From: a virus
Virus record (IMG/VR): IMGVR_UViG_3300050821_003315
Length of the DNA stretch: 64,000 nt
Direction: 5' to 3' (one strand)
Position numbers and translations under genes: made by a program. Positions 18,999 to 28,442 of the stretch are shown one piece after another. The notes below the pieces were generated by a model that was given only the letters and a program-made list of their open reading frames with translations, made no database searches and was not told the DNA's origin. Numbering within the stretch: the first letter of the stretch is position 1; every line of letters starts with the position of its first letter.

Positions 18999-19369
18999 CT
19001 ATACCGCAGCCGCCTGAGCGCCCTGAGCGCGTAGCAGTAGAGCCGGATAGTAACAGTCGACTGGCGACCTTGCTCACTATCTATCACGCACAAAAAGCTG
19101 AGGCCGCAGCAGCAGAAATTGCCGCTGACGAAACCAAGGCCGCCATCATGGCAGAACTGGCTCGCTGGCCACAGCAGCCAGGCAAGGCGTTCGACATTCC
19201 GGCACACCCGAACGGTGCGTGGGGAGCTTACGCTCTTACCTTCAGCAACCCTAGGCGCTTCCAGCAGAAGTCTTTCGCAGAAGACCATCCTGACTTGTAC
19301 GAAGAGTATAAGCGACCGGGTAACGGTCAGTGGTCATTGTCTCCTGTTAGCAAGCACCCGAAGTCGTAA
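18995..19369 (+). CDS. Hypothetical protein
   Basis: Coupled ORF with SD; F...HPDLYEEY motif. Confidence 0.65.
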   Translation: MTIPQPPERPERVAVEPDSNSRLATLLTIYHAQKAEAAAAEIAADETKAAIMAELARWPQQPGKAFDIPAHPNGAWGAYALTFSNPRRFQQKSFAEDHPDLYEEYKRPGNGQWSLSPVSKHPKS

Positions 19370-19384
19370 GTTACACTTACGTTC

Positions 19385-20230
19385 ATGCCGACCACCAATC
19401 CGTCGTCTTTTTTCTCGGACGCTACGCCTGCCGTTCTTAACGGCAACTCCATGTGGGCGCAATCATACTGGCGTGAGCTGAAAAGCGTTGCGATTAACTA
19501 CGCCAACAGGCTTCCGCGCAACGTGCAGCGTCATCTCGGTCCTAGCGAGCTAGGACACGAGTGTGACAGGCTCCTCATCGCGAAGATGTCAGGCCACAAG
19601 CTGCATTCAGACAATCACGTATCTGACCCATGGGCGTCCATGGTCGGCACCGCTATCCATGCGTTCCTTGAGCAAGCTTTTGACTGGGACAACAAGGAAC
19701 ACCTAGTTGAGCGTGCTTACAAGGAGCGGTGGAAGACGGAGACGAAGGTCTGTCCGGACCCTAATGCACTACAGTCTCATCCGGGCACGGCCGACCTTTA
19801 CGATAGCGATACATTCTCGCTGGTAGACCACAAGTGCCAAGGTGAAGGACCGCGAGATAAACTTCGCAGGCAAGGTCCTCCACAGCACTACTACATTCAG
19901 ATGTTGCTTTATGCAATTGGCTACATGTATCTCGGTTACCGCGTTGACCGTGTAGTACTAGCTAGCTGGCCGCGCACCAAGTCTTCGCTAGACGAGGGTT
20001 ATGTGTGGGAGCATATCATTACCGCTGAGGACTTCGAGCTAGTAAAGAACGTCCTGGCAAAGACTGAAGTTCGTGAAGCTGTAGCCGTGGAGGTCAACGA
20101 GGGCAGGATGTCAATCTGGGACGTGCCTATGACTCCTTCGTATGAGGATTGCTTCTACTGTCCCTTGTTCCGTCCGCAGGCTGCTACTGACCCAACAGTA
20201 ACGGGGTGTCCCGGAACGGCAGGTAAGTAA
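19385..20230 (+). CDS. Cas4-like / PD-(D/E)xK exonuclease
   Basis: LGPSELGHEC, GTAIH, GTADLYD...VDHK, Q..LY, C-terminal CFYCP...C. Confidence 0.85.
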   Translation: MPTTNPSSFFSDATPAVLNGNSMWAQSYWRELKSVAINYANRLPRNVQRHLGPSELGHECDRLLIAKMSGHKLHSDNHVSDPWASMVGTAIHAFLEQAFDWDNKEHLVERAYKERWKTETKVCPDPNALQSHPGTADLYDSDTFSLVDHKCQGEGPRDKLRRQGPPQHYYIQMLLYAIGYMYLGYRVDRVVLASWPRTKSSLDEGYVWEHIITAEDFELVKNVLAKTEVREAVAVEVNEGRMSIWDVPMTPSYEDCFYCPLFRPQAATDPTVTGCPGTAGK

Positions 20231-20937
20231 TGAAGGTAAAGCTAGTAGGCGGTATCGCTGTAGCAGCAGGTGTAGTAGCACTTAGCGCTTGTGGTTACAC
20301 TCCACATCACTATTCTCCTAAGCCCTATCCTTATCCTCCTGCGCCGTCAGTAACTACCCCAGCTCCAACTGCCACGCCATCGCCTACTACGGAGCCTCCA
20401 ACCACTTCAACTCCGGTTCCTTCACGTCTGGTGACGGTTCCTGGTAACGGGGATTCGCTTGTCCTGACACCCATGACGCCTGGCAGTTGCCATTTTGGCA
20501 TGTTCCAAGGTGAGCCGTTGCCGGACAGTCAGTGCACTCCTGGAGCAGTGGCCAGTGATGTAACGCAGGCGAATATCCAGCAGACCATCTGCGTACCTGG
20601 TTACAGTTCGTCGGTGCGTCCGCCAGCATCGCTTACAGACAAGTTCAAGTACGACATTGCTTTTCCGGCGTACGGCTACACAGGCAGCGGCAGCACTACT
20701 GAGCTGGACCACCTGGTTTCCCTTGAGCTAGGCGGCGCGTCTGTAGAGCAGAACCTGTGGCCAGAGCCTAAGGCCGCTACGGACCACCACGGTGGTGTCA
20801 ACAACGACAAGGACGCGGTAGAGAACAGGGCACATACGGCTGTTTGTGACGGTGCGGTCCCGCTTGCCACGGCCCAGCAGATGATTGCTTCGAACTGGGT
20901 GGAGTTCTCGCAGTACCTAGCGTCCAAGGGCTACTAG
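20230..20937 (+). CDS. Lipoprotein with Pro/Thr linker and HNH-like nuclease domain
   Basis: Lipobox LSAC; TPG...IC.PGY...VRP; ELDHLVSLELGG...NLWPEP...KD.VEN..H..VC. Confidence 0.75.
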   Translation: MKVKLVGGIAVAAGVVALSACGYTPHHYSPKPYPYPPAPSVTTPAPTATPSPTTEPPTTSTPVPSRLVTVPGNGDSLVLTPMTPGSCHFGMFQGEPLPDSQCTPGAVASDVTQANIQQTICVPGYSSSVRPPASLTDKFKYDIAFPAYGYTGSGSTTELDHLVSLELGGASVEQNLWPEPKAATDHHGGVNNDKDAVENRAHTAVCDGAVPLATAQQMIASNWVEFSQYLASKGY

Positions 20938-21104
20938 TGGCGACGCACCTAGCGCGTACTCGCAAGAATAATTTCAGCGCCTGCGGGCGTGAAGTCACGA
21001 TGGAAGACGCGGTTCAGGTCACTGACGGCGTGGACTGCCAGGAGTGCATCAACTCGTGGGAGTACGGTTTTCTGCTACGCCAGCGGCGTCCTGACAACGA
21101 CTGA
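20937..21104 (+). CDS. 55-aa Zn-finger protein
   Basis: Not in track; H...ACG...VDCQEC; TAGTG coupling. Confidence 0.6.
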   Translation: MATHLARTRKNNFSACGREVTMEDAVQVTDGVDCQECINSWEYGFLLRQRRPDND

Positions 21105-21228
21105 CATACTTTACCTCGACAACGTGAGACAAGCACTCCGGACCTCGTGGTAGAGTTATGGAGTACCCAAGAGGGAGACCCCTTGAGGACAACTTAAGAG
21201 GCGCGTACGAAAGCCAGTCAGCCAGGTC

Positions 21229-21290
21229 GCAGTAAGGCAGTTAAGCCGACGCAGTAAGGCATGAGGCAGTAAGACCGCCATACGCAGTTC
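21229..21290 (+). repeat. Five GCAGT(A/T) repeats in the leader of the SSB-like gene
   Basis: GCAGTAAG at 21229, 21251, 21266; GCAGTTAAG at 21237; GCAGTTC at 21284. Confidence 0.65.
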
Positions 21291-21318
21291 ACTCTAAAGA
21301 CAAGGATTAGTTCATCTA

Positions 21319-22173
21319 ATGAACCAGCCCCAGTACCAGCCGCAGCAGCCCCAGTACTACGCTCCCCAGGCACCTGCCCCCGCACCCCAGGCTCAATTCC
21401 AGCAGCCGCAGTTCCAGCCTCAGTACGCGCCTCAGCCCCAGTTCGCACAGCCTGCACAGCAGGCAGCTCCCGAGCCTGTTCTCGCTCGCGGTACCCTAGA
21501 GGACTTCTGGGACCAGCCGAGCGTAACAGGTGGTGGAGCGGGCGTTACCAAGTACTTCAACGGTAAGGTCCAGGGTTCATGGCTTGACATGACTGTCACC
21601 CGTGACCTGCTTCACAGCGACACGCGTCAGCAGACGGACATCAACGGTGTCCCGCAGGCGTACAAGGATGGTCGCCCGAAGTTCGTCCTCATCATTCCCG
21701 TTACAGTGACGGGTTCCTCTGATGGTACGCACGGTGCTCTCTTCACTGAAGGTGCTGGCACCATCTGGGTGAAGGGCGCGCTTAAGGACGAGTTCGCTCG
21801 TGCCATGGCGGCTGCCGGAATTCGGGAGCTGACTGGTGGTACGCGCATCATCATGGCCAGCGCTGGTGAAAAGGCCAGCAACCGTCCCGGATTCAGTGCC
21901 ACTAAGCTTTACCAGGTGACGCTGTACCCTTCGCAGGGCGGTGCTCCTGCTCAGGTTCAGGTAGAGGTTCCGGTTGCAGCCCCGCAGGCTGCTCCGCTCC
22001 CTACCCCTGTCGCGGCTGCGCCGCTGCCGAGTCCTGTTCCTGGTGCTCCGGTGGCCCCGCAGACTTTTGCACCTGCCCCGCCTGCACCTGCGATTAGCCC
22101 GGTGGACCTGTCCGGCGTCAATCTGACTGAGGCGCAGCAGGCAATGCTGGCCAAGCTCAACGGCGGTCAGTAA
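21319..22173 (+). CDS. Putative ssDNA-binding protein with Gln/Pro-rich termini
   Basis: Core RQQTD..G.P..Y.DGRPK resembling actinophage SSB-like proteins; recombination context. Confidence 0.6.
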   Translation: MNQPQYQPQQPQYYAPQAPAPAPQAQFQQPQFQPQYAPQPQFAQPAQQAAPEPVLARGTLEDFWDQPSVTGGGAGVTKYFNGKVQGSWLDMTVTRDLLHSDTRQQTDINGVPQAYKDGRPKFVLIIPVTVTGSSDGTHGALFTEGAGTIWVKGALKDEFARAMAAAGIRELTGGTRIIMASAGEKASNRPGFSATKLYQVTLYPSQGGAPAQVQVEVPVAAPQAAPLPTPVAAAPLPSPVPGAPVAPQTFAPAPPAPAISPVDLSGVNLTEAQQAMLAKLNGGQ

Positions 22174-22389
22174 TTGAACCGGAACTACGAACCTGCGTGT
22201 GCCGCAGGTGTAGTAAACGCGCTGCTAGATGTGAACGCCCCGGAGGGTGATGTTCTTCACGGTCTTATCTGTGATGACCTTCCGCGTACTGAGCATCTTG
22301 CAATGCAGAATCCGGATGAATGCGCCATGCTCCTGTCCTTTCCTAACGGGTCGGCGTGGGCCGTGACTGTTCAGCGGAACAGTCTGTAG
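22174..22389 (+). CDS. Hypothetical protein
   Basis: Adjacent ORF. Confidence 0.5.
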   Translation: MNRNYEPACAAGVVNALLDVNAPEGDVLHGLICDDLPRTEHLAMQNPDECAMLLSFPNGSAWAVTVQRNSL

Positions 22390-22400
22390 TAACAAGTAAA

Positions 22401-22467
22401 GGTGAGGGATTCCGGGCGTGCCAGGACCGGATGTAAAAGACAGTGGCTCAATACCGTGTCCCTCACC
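22401..22467 (+). other. Intergenic branched RNA structure
   Basis: GGTGAGGGA/TCCCTCACC outer stem, TCCGG/CCGGA inner stem. Confidence 0.45.
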
Positions 22468-22481
22468 CCCTTAGGGGGAAT

Positions 22482-22655
22482 ATGAAGGTCTCTGACGGCG
22501 TTATAGCTCACATCATAGTCTGGTCCACGGTGGCTCTCCTGATTCTAGGGGCGGGTCTAGCAGGCTGGACGGAGGATTGGTGGTGGCTCGTGCTAGGAAC
22601 TCCTTACGCCATCATCTGCTTCTGGGCGTACACATGGGGGCGTAATATTCAATGA
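22482..22655 (+). CDS. Small two-TM membrane protein
   Basis: Two hydrophobic segments; AGGGGG SD before ATG 22482. Confidence 0.6.
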   Translation: MKVSDGVIAHIIVWSTVALLILGAGLAGWTEDWWWLVLGTPYAIICFWAYTWGRNIQ

Positions 22656-22822
22656 GAACTGACATGCCTGAAGGTTCAACTGGTATCTACGTGCTTACGG
22701 TAGATGTAACTTCATACGGCGCTTCTGCTCTAGAAATAGAGGAGGATATTTCGCACAAGCTAAGGGACTTGTCTGTGAACGCTTGTGTAGAAGATGTATC
22801 TATCACCTTCGCGGACGATTAA
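22652..22822 (+). CDS. 56-aa hypothetical protein
   Basis: Not in track; ATGA-coupled; MRTDMPEGSTGIYVLTVDV... Confidence 0.55.
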   Translation: MRTDMPEGSTGIYVLTVDVTSYGASALEIEEDISHKLRDLSVNACVEDVSITFADD

Positions 22823-22830
22823 GGAACGCA

Positions 22831-24792
22831 GTGGACCCGCGTTATGCTCCCGGAGTTGTTCACGGACGACTTGACGGGGACACTATAAGGCTTAGCGTTG
22901 AGGGCCTTGACTGGCAGATGGGCGAGATAGTAACTGCGTTCAAGCAGCTTACGGCCCTTCCCCAGAAGACTCACGACGACAGCGGAGAGCTGACTCTTCC
23001 CTGCACGTGGGCGATGGTAAGCCAGCTAGCGAATGCACTGCCTGCACGCGGCCATGTATGGCAGCCTGATGAAGCACTTAGCCAGTGGATATTCAACGAA
23101 GTACTACGGCGTGGCACTACTGAGGGCGAACTTAAGGCTTCGTTTGAAGGTGACCGTGTGCCCATGCCGCATCAGGAAGCAGGTGCTTTTGTAGGTGCGA
23201 TGAACCGCAGGTTCTTTTTTGCTGACGATATGGGCACCGGAAAGAGCTGCACTGCACTTTTGGCGCTAGCGGAGATGCGTGAGCGCGGCATGGAACCGTT
23301 TCCTGCTTTCGTAGTGTGCCCAGCTTCTGTTGTGGACCCGTGGCTGGAAGAGATAAAAGAGTGTTTTCCTAGCTGGTCGTATACAGCATACCGTACTCAG
23401 CCTTATATCAAAGGAGTACAGCTCGCTATACCTGACAGGCGTAAGCTGAGTACTCGCTATAATATTTACGTCATGTCTTATGACGTATTCCGGGCTGATA
23501 TGACTATTCCGCACTTGGCGTGGTGCGAGTGCGACCCTCCTAAGTCCGTGCGCTGGACTAGGAATCGCGACCTTAAGTTCGTTGCGGGTTTTCCTGACAG
23601 GTGCAAGCATTGCGGTAGTGCGTACCTGCCTGAAGAAGAAGCAGACAAGAGCAGCAAGCAACTTCCGCCTCTTTTGATGCACCTGACTCCTAAGAGCATC
23701 ATCATTGATGAGGCGCATTCGCTGTGCAACACCACGACCAAGCAGTCTGTAGCGGCTGGGCGCATAGCAAAGGTGGTGGACAACGCCATCCTGATGTCAG
23801 GAACTCCCATTACACGGGATATCCGTGGCTTCTGGCGGGGACTGACAATCATCGATACTCGCTCGTTCCCCAACCAGGACAGATACAAGGAACGCTATGC
23901 GGACTTCGTGGCAACTGATTACCAGGACATCGTAAACGGCATCAGTCCTCACACCAAAGAAGAGTTCTATACGTTGATGCAGGGCACGATGCGGCGCGTG
24001 TCCAAGGCTGACGTTCTCACAGACCTTCCGCCTAAGGCATACTCAACGCGAGTAGTAGATATTCCGCCTGCATGGCGTGCTGCCTACGATGAGATGGCCA
24101 AGGACATGATTGCGCACTTGCCGGATTCTGACGAGCCACTGCCTGTCATGTCCACGCTCGCGCAAATGCAGCGGTTGTCTCAGCTAGCCAGTGCTGCGTG
24201 TGATGTCACTATTACCGAAGAGCTGGATGACCGTCCTAAGAGCGAAACTTTCGGCCAGATGATTCCTAAAGTCCACGTGGAGATGAAGGAACCGTCCTGG
24301 AAAGTGGACGTGCTCATGGAAATTCTTGATGATAGCCAAGGGTCTCCTATAGTTACGTTCAGTCCTCACCGCCAGCTCATGGAACTGGCAGGGAAGCGTG
24401 CTGAGCGCGAGGGTTATCGCGTTGCCTACATCGTAGGCGGACAGACCCAGAAGCAGCGCACGGCTTCTCGCCAGGGCTTCCAAGACGGTCAGTTTGACCT
24501 GATGTGCGTCACTACGCAGGCCGGGGGCGTGGGTATTACCCTGACCAAGAGCCACACTGCGGTGTTCCTTGAGCGGCCATGGGCTTACTGGCAAGCGGCG
24601 CAGTCAGAAGACCGGCTGCACCGTAGAGGTCAGTCCGAACCCGTCAATATAATTGATGTCGTAGCCCGTAATACCATCGAATCCAAGGTCCGTATGGCCT
24701 TGAAGGACAAGGCTCAGAATCTGTCTGAGCTTATCCAAGACCCGCGCATTGTGAGAGAACTTTTGGGAGGGGAACCACTACATGTCAACTAA
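22831..24792 (+). CDS. SNF2-family (SF2) helicase
   Basis: ADDMGTGKS, VVCPASV, IIDEAH, MSGTP, AGGVGITL, QSEDRLHRRGQ; likely GTG start at 22831. Confidence 0.92.
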   Translation: MDPRYAPGVVHGRLDGDTIRLSVEGLDWQMGEIVTAFKQLTALPQKTHDDSGELTLPCTWAMVSQLANALPARGHVWQPDEALSQWIFNEVLRRGTTEGELKASFEGDRVPMPHQEAGAFVGAMNRRFFFADDMGTGKSCTALLALAEMRERGMEPFPAFVVCPASVVDPWLEEIKECFPSWSYTAYRTQPYIKGVQLAIPDRRKLSTRYNIYVMSYDVFRADMTIPHLAWCECDPPKSVRWTRNRDLKFVAGFPDRCKHCGSAYLPEEEADKSSKQLPPLLMHLTPKSIIIDEAHSLCNTTTKQSVAAGRIAKVVDNAILMSGTPITRDIRGFWRGLTIIDTRSFPNQDRYKERYADFVATDYQDIVNGISPHTKEEFYTLMQGTMRRVSKADVLTDLPPKAYSTRVVDIPPAWRAAYDEMAKDMIAHLPDSDEPLPVMSTLAQMQRLSQLASAACDVTITEELDDRPKSETFGQMIPKVHVEMKEPSWKVDVLMEILDDSQGSPIVTFSPHRQLMELAGKRAEREGYRVAYIVGGQTQKQRTASRQGFQDGQFDLMCVTTQAGGVGITLTKSHTAVFLERPWAYWQAAQSEDRLHRRGQSEPVNIIDVVARNTIESKVRMALKDKAQNLSELIQDPRIVRELLGGEPLHVN

Positions 24793-25576
24793 TGGGTGTG
24801 GGGTTGAAGGTTGTGAACGCACCCCGGATGGTGGGCACAAATTGTGCTCTATGCATAGGTCCCGGTTGAAGCGTTCTGGCTCAGTAGGTGAAGTTGAAGC
24901 TCGTGTAGAGCCTAAAGAGCCTGTGCCTTCTTGTGCTTCTAAAGAAGAGCTTAAAGGTACACCTAAACCTGAGGCTCGCCCATGCAAAACTGACGGGTGC
25001 ACTAACAAAGAGTACATAGATATAACTAAAATACAGGCTACAAATAGGTGGGTGTGGGGACGCCGTGGATTCTGTATTAAGTGTCGTAACGCTAAAAATC
25101 CGGTGAGTGGTAGGCATAAGAAGGAGGGACGCGTGTATCGTAACTACGGGATATGGGTACCTGAACTTTTTATACTCAAAAGCGGATGTGCCCAAACTCC
25201 TGACGGTGACCCTATCGGGTATGTTAAGGACACAGTTCGTACTAAGGTAGGGATAGGCTGTAAGCCTGAATACCTCTGGCAGGCCAAAGGCGGTTTCAGT
25301 GACGAAAGGTTCATGCAAGCCGTGCTCAGTAAGTGGGCCAAAACACCACGGCCGTTTATAAGTTCTCGTCCTACTGTCCTTTCGGAGTGGTTTGATTTTA
25401 GTTGGCTTAAGAATGTCACTGAAGACCCTAAAGGACAGGTCACACAACTGCTTATTACAATTGCCGATTTTTCCCGCGCAATAGAACGTGAACCGTGGGT
25501 TTATTTCCCCACTCTCTTTACAGAAAACGGCTTTAAACACCAGCTTCCTTACTATAGAGGGTCTGATGGCAGCTAG
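24782..25576 (+). CDS. Putative mobile endonuclease-like protein
   Basis: N-terminal C.VEGC...LC.MH repeat common in phage endonucleases; KVGIG weakly GIY-YIG/T5orf172-like; more AT-rich; overlaps both neighbours. Confidence 0.4.
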   Translation: MSTNGCGVEGCERTPDGGHKLCSMHRSRLKRSGSVGEVEARVEPKEPVPSCASKEELKGTPKPEARPCKTDGCTNKEYIDITKIQATNRWVWGRRGFCIKCRNAKNPVSGRHKKEGRVYRNYGIWVPELFILKSGCAQTPDGDPIGYVKDTVRTKVGIGCKPEYLWQAKGGFSDERFMQAVLSKWAKTPRPFISSRPTVLSEWFDFSWLKNVTEDPKGQVTQLLITIADFSRAIEREPWVYFPTLFTENGFKHQLPYYRGSDGS

Positions 25577-26021
25577 ATATCTCGGCATCGATGTAGGACC
25601 GTCTACCGGTCTGGTCTGGGGCCACAAGGGTGACAACGATAAGCCTGCGATAGACGGCATCGTACAATGTCACGCTCACACTGTCGAGTTCCAGGTACGC
25701 AGCCTGATGCGCCTGTTTCCCAAGGATGAATGGTTCATTCAGGGTGAGAAGTTCGTAGCAGGTCGTGGTGCGGGCGGTAAAGGCAAGGACGCAGAAGTAG
25801 CCAGGTTCGTGCTGAACATGGTTGAGGCTTACTTCGCGCACACGCCAGGGTGTACGTGGCACGCGCGGCCAGCCGCTATGATGAAGCCCTGGCTCACTAC
25901 CAACCGCCTTAAGGCTGTGCAATTCCCACTCGGCCCCAAGTTCAAGGACGCCAGGGACGCCCTCGGGCACATGCTGTTCACTGCCGTTCGCGACGGCGGT
26001 TGCAAGGACCCACTCTACTAG
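25566..26021 (+). CDS. RuvC-like Holliday junction resolvase
   Basis: YLGIDVGPSTG, EKF, DARDA..H. Confidence 0.8.
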   Translation: MAARYLGIDVGPSTGLVWGHKGDNDKPAIDGIVQCHAHTVEFQVRSLMRLFPKDEWFIQGEKFVAGRGAGGKGKDAEVARFVLNMVEAYFAHTPGCTWHARPAAMMKPWLTTNRLKAVQFPLGPKFKDARDALGHMLFTAVRDGGCKDPLY

Positions 26022-26029
26022 GAGTAAGA

Positions 26030-26818
26030 ATGCCGCGTTTCGTAGAACCTGAAGTTTTCCTCATTGCTCAGCCTGAGGTGGACTACGATGAGGTTGCTCG
26101 CTACCTGGAGCTTGTGGGTGGTGGAGACTGGATGGACACTCTTGATGAGTTTGGGCCCCACGCTGAAGACCTAGTAGAGTTCGGTGGTCGTCTTTGCTAC
26201 CGGTCCTTCGAGCCGGGGCTTAACCCTAACGTCACCAAGGTACGCACTGACAAGGTTGATTACTTCAAGAACATCCTCAAGAGCGGCCATGGCAGTGTGG
26301 TCGAGCACGCTAACTTCTCATTCGCCTTGCATAACGTAAGCCGCGTTTTCACTCACGAGCTTGTCCGGCATCGCGCGGGCTGTGCTATCAGCCAGGAGTC
26401 AATGCGGTTCGTACGGCTTACGGACATACCTTTCTGGCTGCCACAATGGGCTAAGGATGACCCTGCGCTGTATGAGGAATCTCTTCAGGTTCTGCACATG
26501 CTGGAAAAGCACCAGAAATGGATGGCTGAGCACTTCAAGCTGGACGACGATGGTGTGCCCTTCCACGAGAAAAAGGCTAAGACCTCGTTCATGCGGCGTT
26601 TCGCGCCAGATGGGGTAGCCACTTCTCTTCTCTGGACGGCGAATATCCGCACGCTACGCCACGTTATTGAAGTTCGCACAGCGGCAGGAGCTGAAGAGGA
26701 AATTCGCCTGGTATTCGACACTATTGCGGAGGCCATGAAGACAGAAGTTCCTAAGCTAATGCAAGACTTTACCCGTGAGGAAAACGGAGAATGGATTCCG
26801 GCTCACAGGAAGGTGTAG
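26030..26818 (+). CDS. thyX: Flavin-dependent thymidylate synthase
   Basis: EFGGRLCYRSF, GHGSVVEHA, VSRVFTHELVRHR...SQESMRF, N.R..RH, AEEEIR. Confidence 0.96.
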   Translation: MPRFVEPEVFLIAQPEVDYDEVARYLELVGGGDWMDTLDEFGPHAEDLVEFGGRLCYRSFEPGLNPNVTKVRTDKVDYFKNILKSGHGSVVEHANFSFALHNVSRVFTHELVRHRAGCAISQESMRFVRLTDIPFWLPQWAKDDPALYEESLQVLHMLEKHQKWMAEHFKLDDDGVPFHEKKAKTSFMRRFAPDGVATSLLWTANIRTLRHVIEVRTAAGAEEEIRLVFDTIAEAMKTEVPKLMQDFTREENGEWIPAHRKV

Positions 26819-26830
26819 AATAATGACACT

Positions 26831-27181
26831 ATGGCAAGAGCAACCCCCAGCGCATTTACCTTCAGGCTATCCTGCGGGTGCCTCGCAATCCTTCCCGGAG
26901 TGCAGGCAAATAAGGAAGGTTTCGTAACTTCCAAGAAAAAGGCCCAGATACTGTGCTTGAAGTGCAGGACCGGCGTCACTATAATCAAGCGGTATCCACC
27001 ACCTTATGCCTCATGTGCAGTTGAATCGTGGAAGGATGACCTTAAAGGCGTGATGCGCCGAGTAAGGTGCTGCCTTGCGGACGGCCACGATGATGACCAT
27101 GAAGATTCGATAATCGGCCTTACGTTTCCGTCTCCCGGCAAGCTCATTGCCCGTGGCGACGGGAATACAAATCGAGCATAA
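26831..27181 (+). CDS. Hypothetical Cys/His-rich protein
   Basis: LSCGC, CLKC, C....GH...H. Confidence 0.6.
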   Translation: MARATPSAFTFRLSCGCLAILPGVQANKEGFVTSKKKAQILCLKCRTGVTIIKRYPPPYASCAVESWKDDLKGVMRRVRCCLADGHDDDHEDSIIGLTFPSPGKLIARGDGNTNRA

Positions 27182-27196
27182 GGAGTTGAACAAGAC

Positions 27197-27874
27197 GTGT
27201 GGATAGCAGCGTGCACCTGCGGCACGGGAATAACGGCAGAGTCGGAAGCTGAGGCCGCTAGCCTCGCTGAGACTCACTTGCTGCGTGCTGCCGTGCCAGG
27301 GCCGGGTGAAACGTGGCAGCATGCCGTGAGCCTAGGTGAAGCCACTAATGCTTGTAAGCTAACACCTAACTGGGGCACTCACGCTCCCGCTATTGCCGCA
27401 CCAGGCGAGGCAGTAAGTCGTCCTACGAGTAACGGCAAGCGCACCTTGTCTCCTGCCGACATCATGCGCCAGCTCAAGCGCCAGGAATTGCAGTACGCCG
27501 CAGAGGATGAGGAATTCGAGGAGCCTCAGGTTCCGGCTCGAAGCAATCCTTACACTGTAGACCCTGAGCCTGGTGTCGATGCTGGCTTCCACCACGAGGG
27601 TGCGTACAGGGAGAAGCCAGAGGACTTCAGTGGCTGGGGAGGGCCAGGAGGGCCGCCTGAAGACGATGACGACGAGGACTACTCCTATCTCAATATCGAC
27701 CCTGTAGACGCCCCTACACGTCTCGATGAGCTTCCTGAGGGTATCATCGTTAATGGTCAGGTGGGTACAGGACCTAAGCTACCCTTGGTGGAAGACGGTC
27801 CTGACTATCAGATAGACGAGGATGCACCGTTGAAGCCGCATTGGCCGGGAGACAAGCGACCTGAGGAGGACTAG
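27197..27874 (+). CDS. Hypothetical protein with acidic disordered C-terminus
   Basis: AAGGAG SD; CTCG...H...H. Confidence 0.6.
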   Translation: MWIAACTCGTGITAESEAEAASLAETHLLRAAVPGPGETWQHAVSLGEATNACKLTPNWGTHAPAIAAPGEAVSRPTSNGKRTLSPADIMRQLKRQELQYAAEDEEFEEPQVPARSNPYTVDPEPGVDAGFHHEGAYREKPEDFSGWGGPGGPPEDDDDEDYSYLNIDPVDAPTRLDELPEGIIVNGQVGTGPKLPLVEDGPDYQIDEDAPLKPHWPGDKRPEED

Positions 27875-28209
27875 TGGAGGCGTATGAAGGTTACCTGTCG
27901 TGCGCGAATTGCGCGAAGTCTCTGGAGGAGGGCTACCATCCGATAAAGATGGCAGGAGAGCGCATACAGTTTGTATGCACGCCTGAGTGCGGCAGTAAAT
28001 GGATGCGGGCTGTAGGCGAAGTATTCAAGTGCCAGCAGTGTGACGCTGAATGCCCTATCACTGAGCATCCTTGCATTGAGTGGGAAGAGCAAGGCACACA
28101 TCACTTCTGCAAAGACGATTGTGTCTATGACTACATGATAGAGAATAACGTTACCTTCGCTCACCCTGAGGCGCAGCCAGACGTGGATGACTTATGGCTA
28201 CCACCATAG
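27874..28209 (+). CDS. Tandem TRASH-like Zn-binding protein
   Basis: Two CxxC...CxxxC units. Confidence 0.6.
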   Translation: MEAYEGYLSCANCAKSLEEGYHPIKMAGERIQFVCTPECGSKWMRAVGEVFKCQQCDAECPITEHPCIEWEEQGTHHFCKDDCVYDYMIENNVTFAHPEAQPDVDDLWLPP

Positions 28210-28442
28210 AGATTGAGGAGCTTACAGGCTTTGACCTTGATAACGCTCCTCCTTGTGAGTTTTACGATGTAGCCCACGGTAAGCCGTGCGGTGAGCCGTC
28301 TGTAGTGAGGATGAGAGTTAAGTGCTCTTGTGGCGAAGCAGGCGTCATATTCTTGTGCCAGAAATGCCGTGAGATGCTGGAGCAAGGAGGCGCACAGTGC
28401 CTCATGTGCTTTGGAAGCGACCTTACGTGGGGGGAATCTTGA
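28194..28442 (+). CDS. Zn-finger protein
   Basis: Multiple CxxC. Confidence 0.6.
   Translation: MATTIEIEELTGFDLDNAPPCEFYDVAHGKPCGEPSVVRMRVKCSCGEAGVIFLCQKCREMLEQGGAQCLMCFGSDLTWGES

Noticed and set aside
19385-20230. Cas4-like gene as a CRISPR-Cas system
   Set aside because: No cas1/cas2 and no repeat-spacer array seen; solo Cas4-like nucleases are common in actinophages
22401-22467. Twister ribozyme
   Set aside because: Only superficial CCGG...CCGGA..UAAAAG resemblance; conserved catalytic nucleotides are missing
24881-25660. Long antisense ORF (259 aa) and other shadow ORFs in the track
   Set aside because: They lie opposite better-supported genes and lack motifs or translation signals
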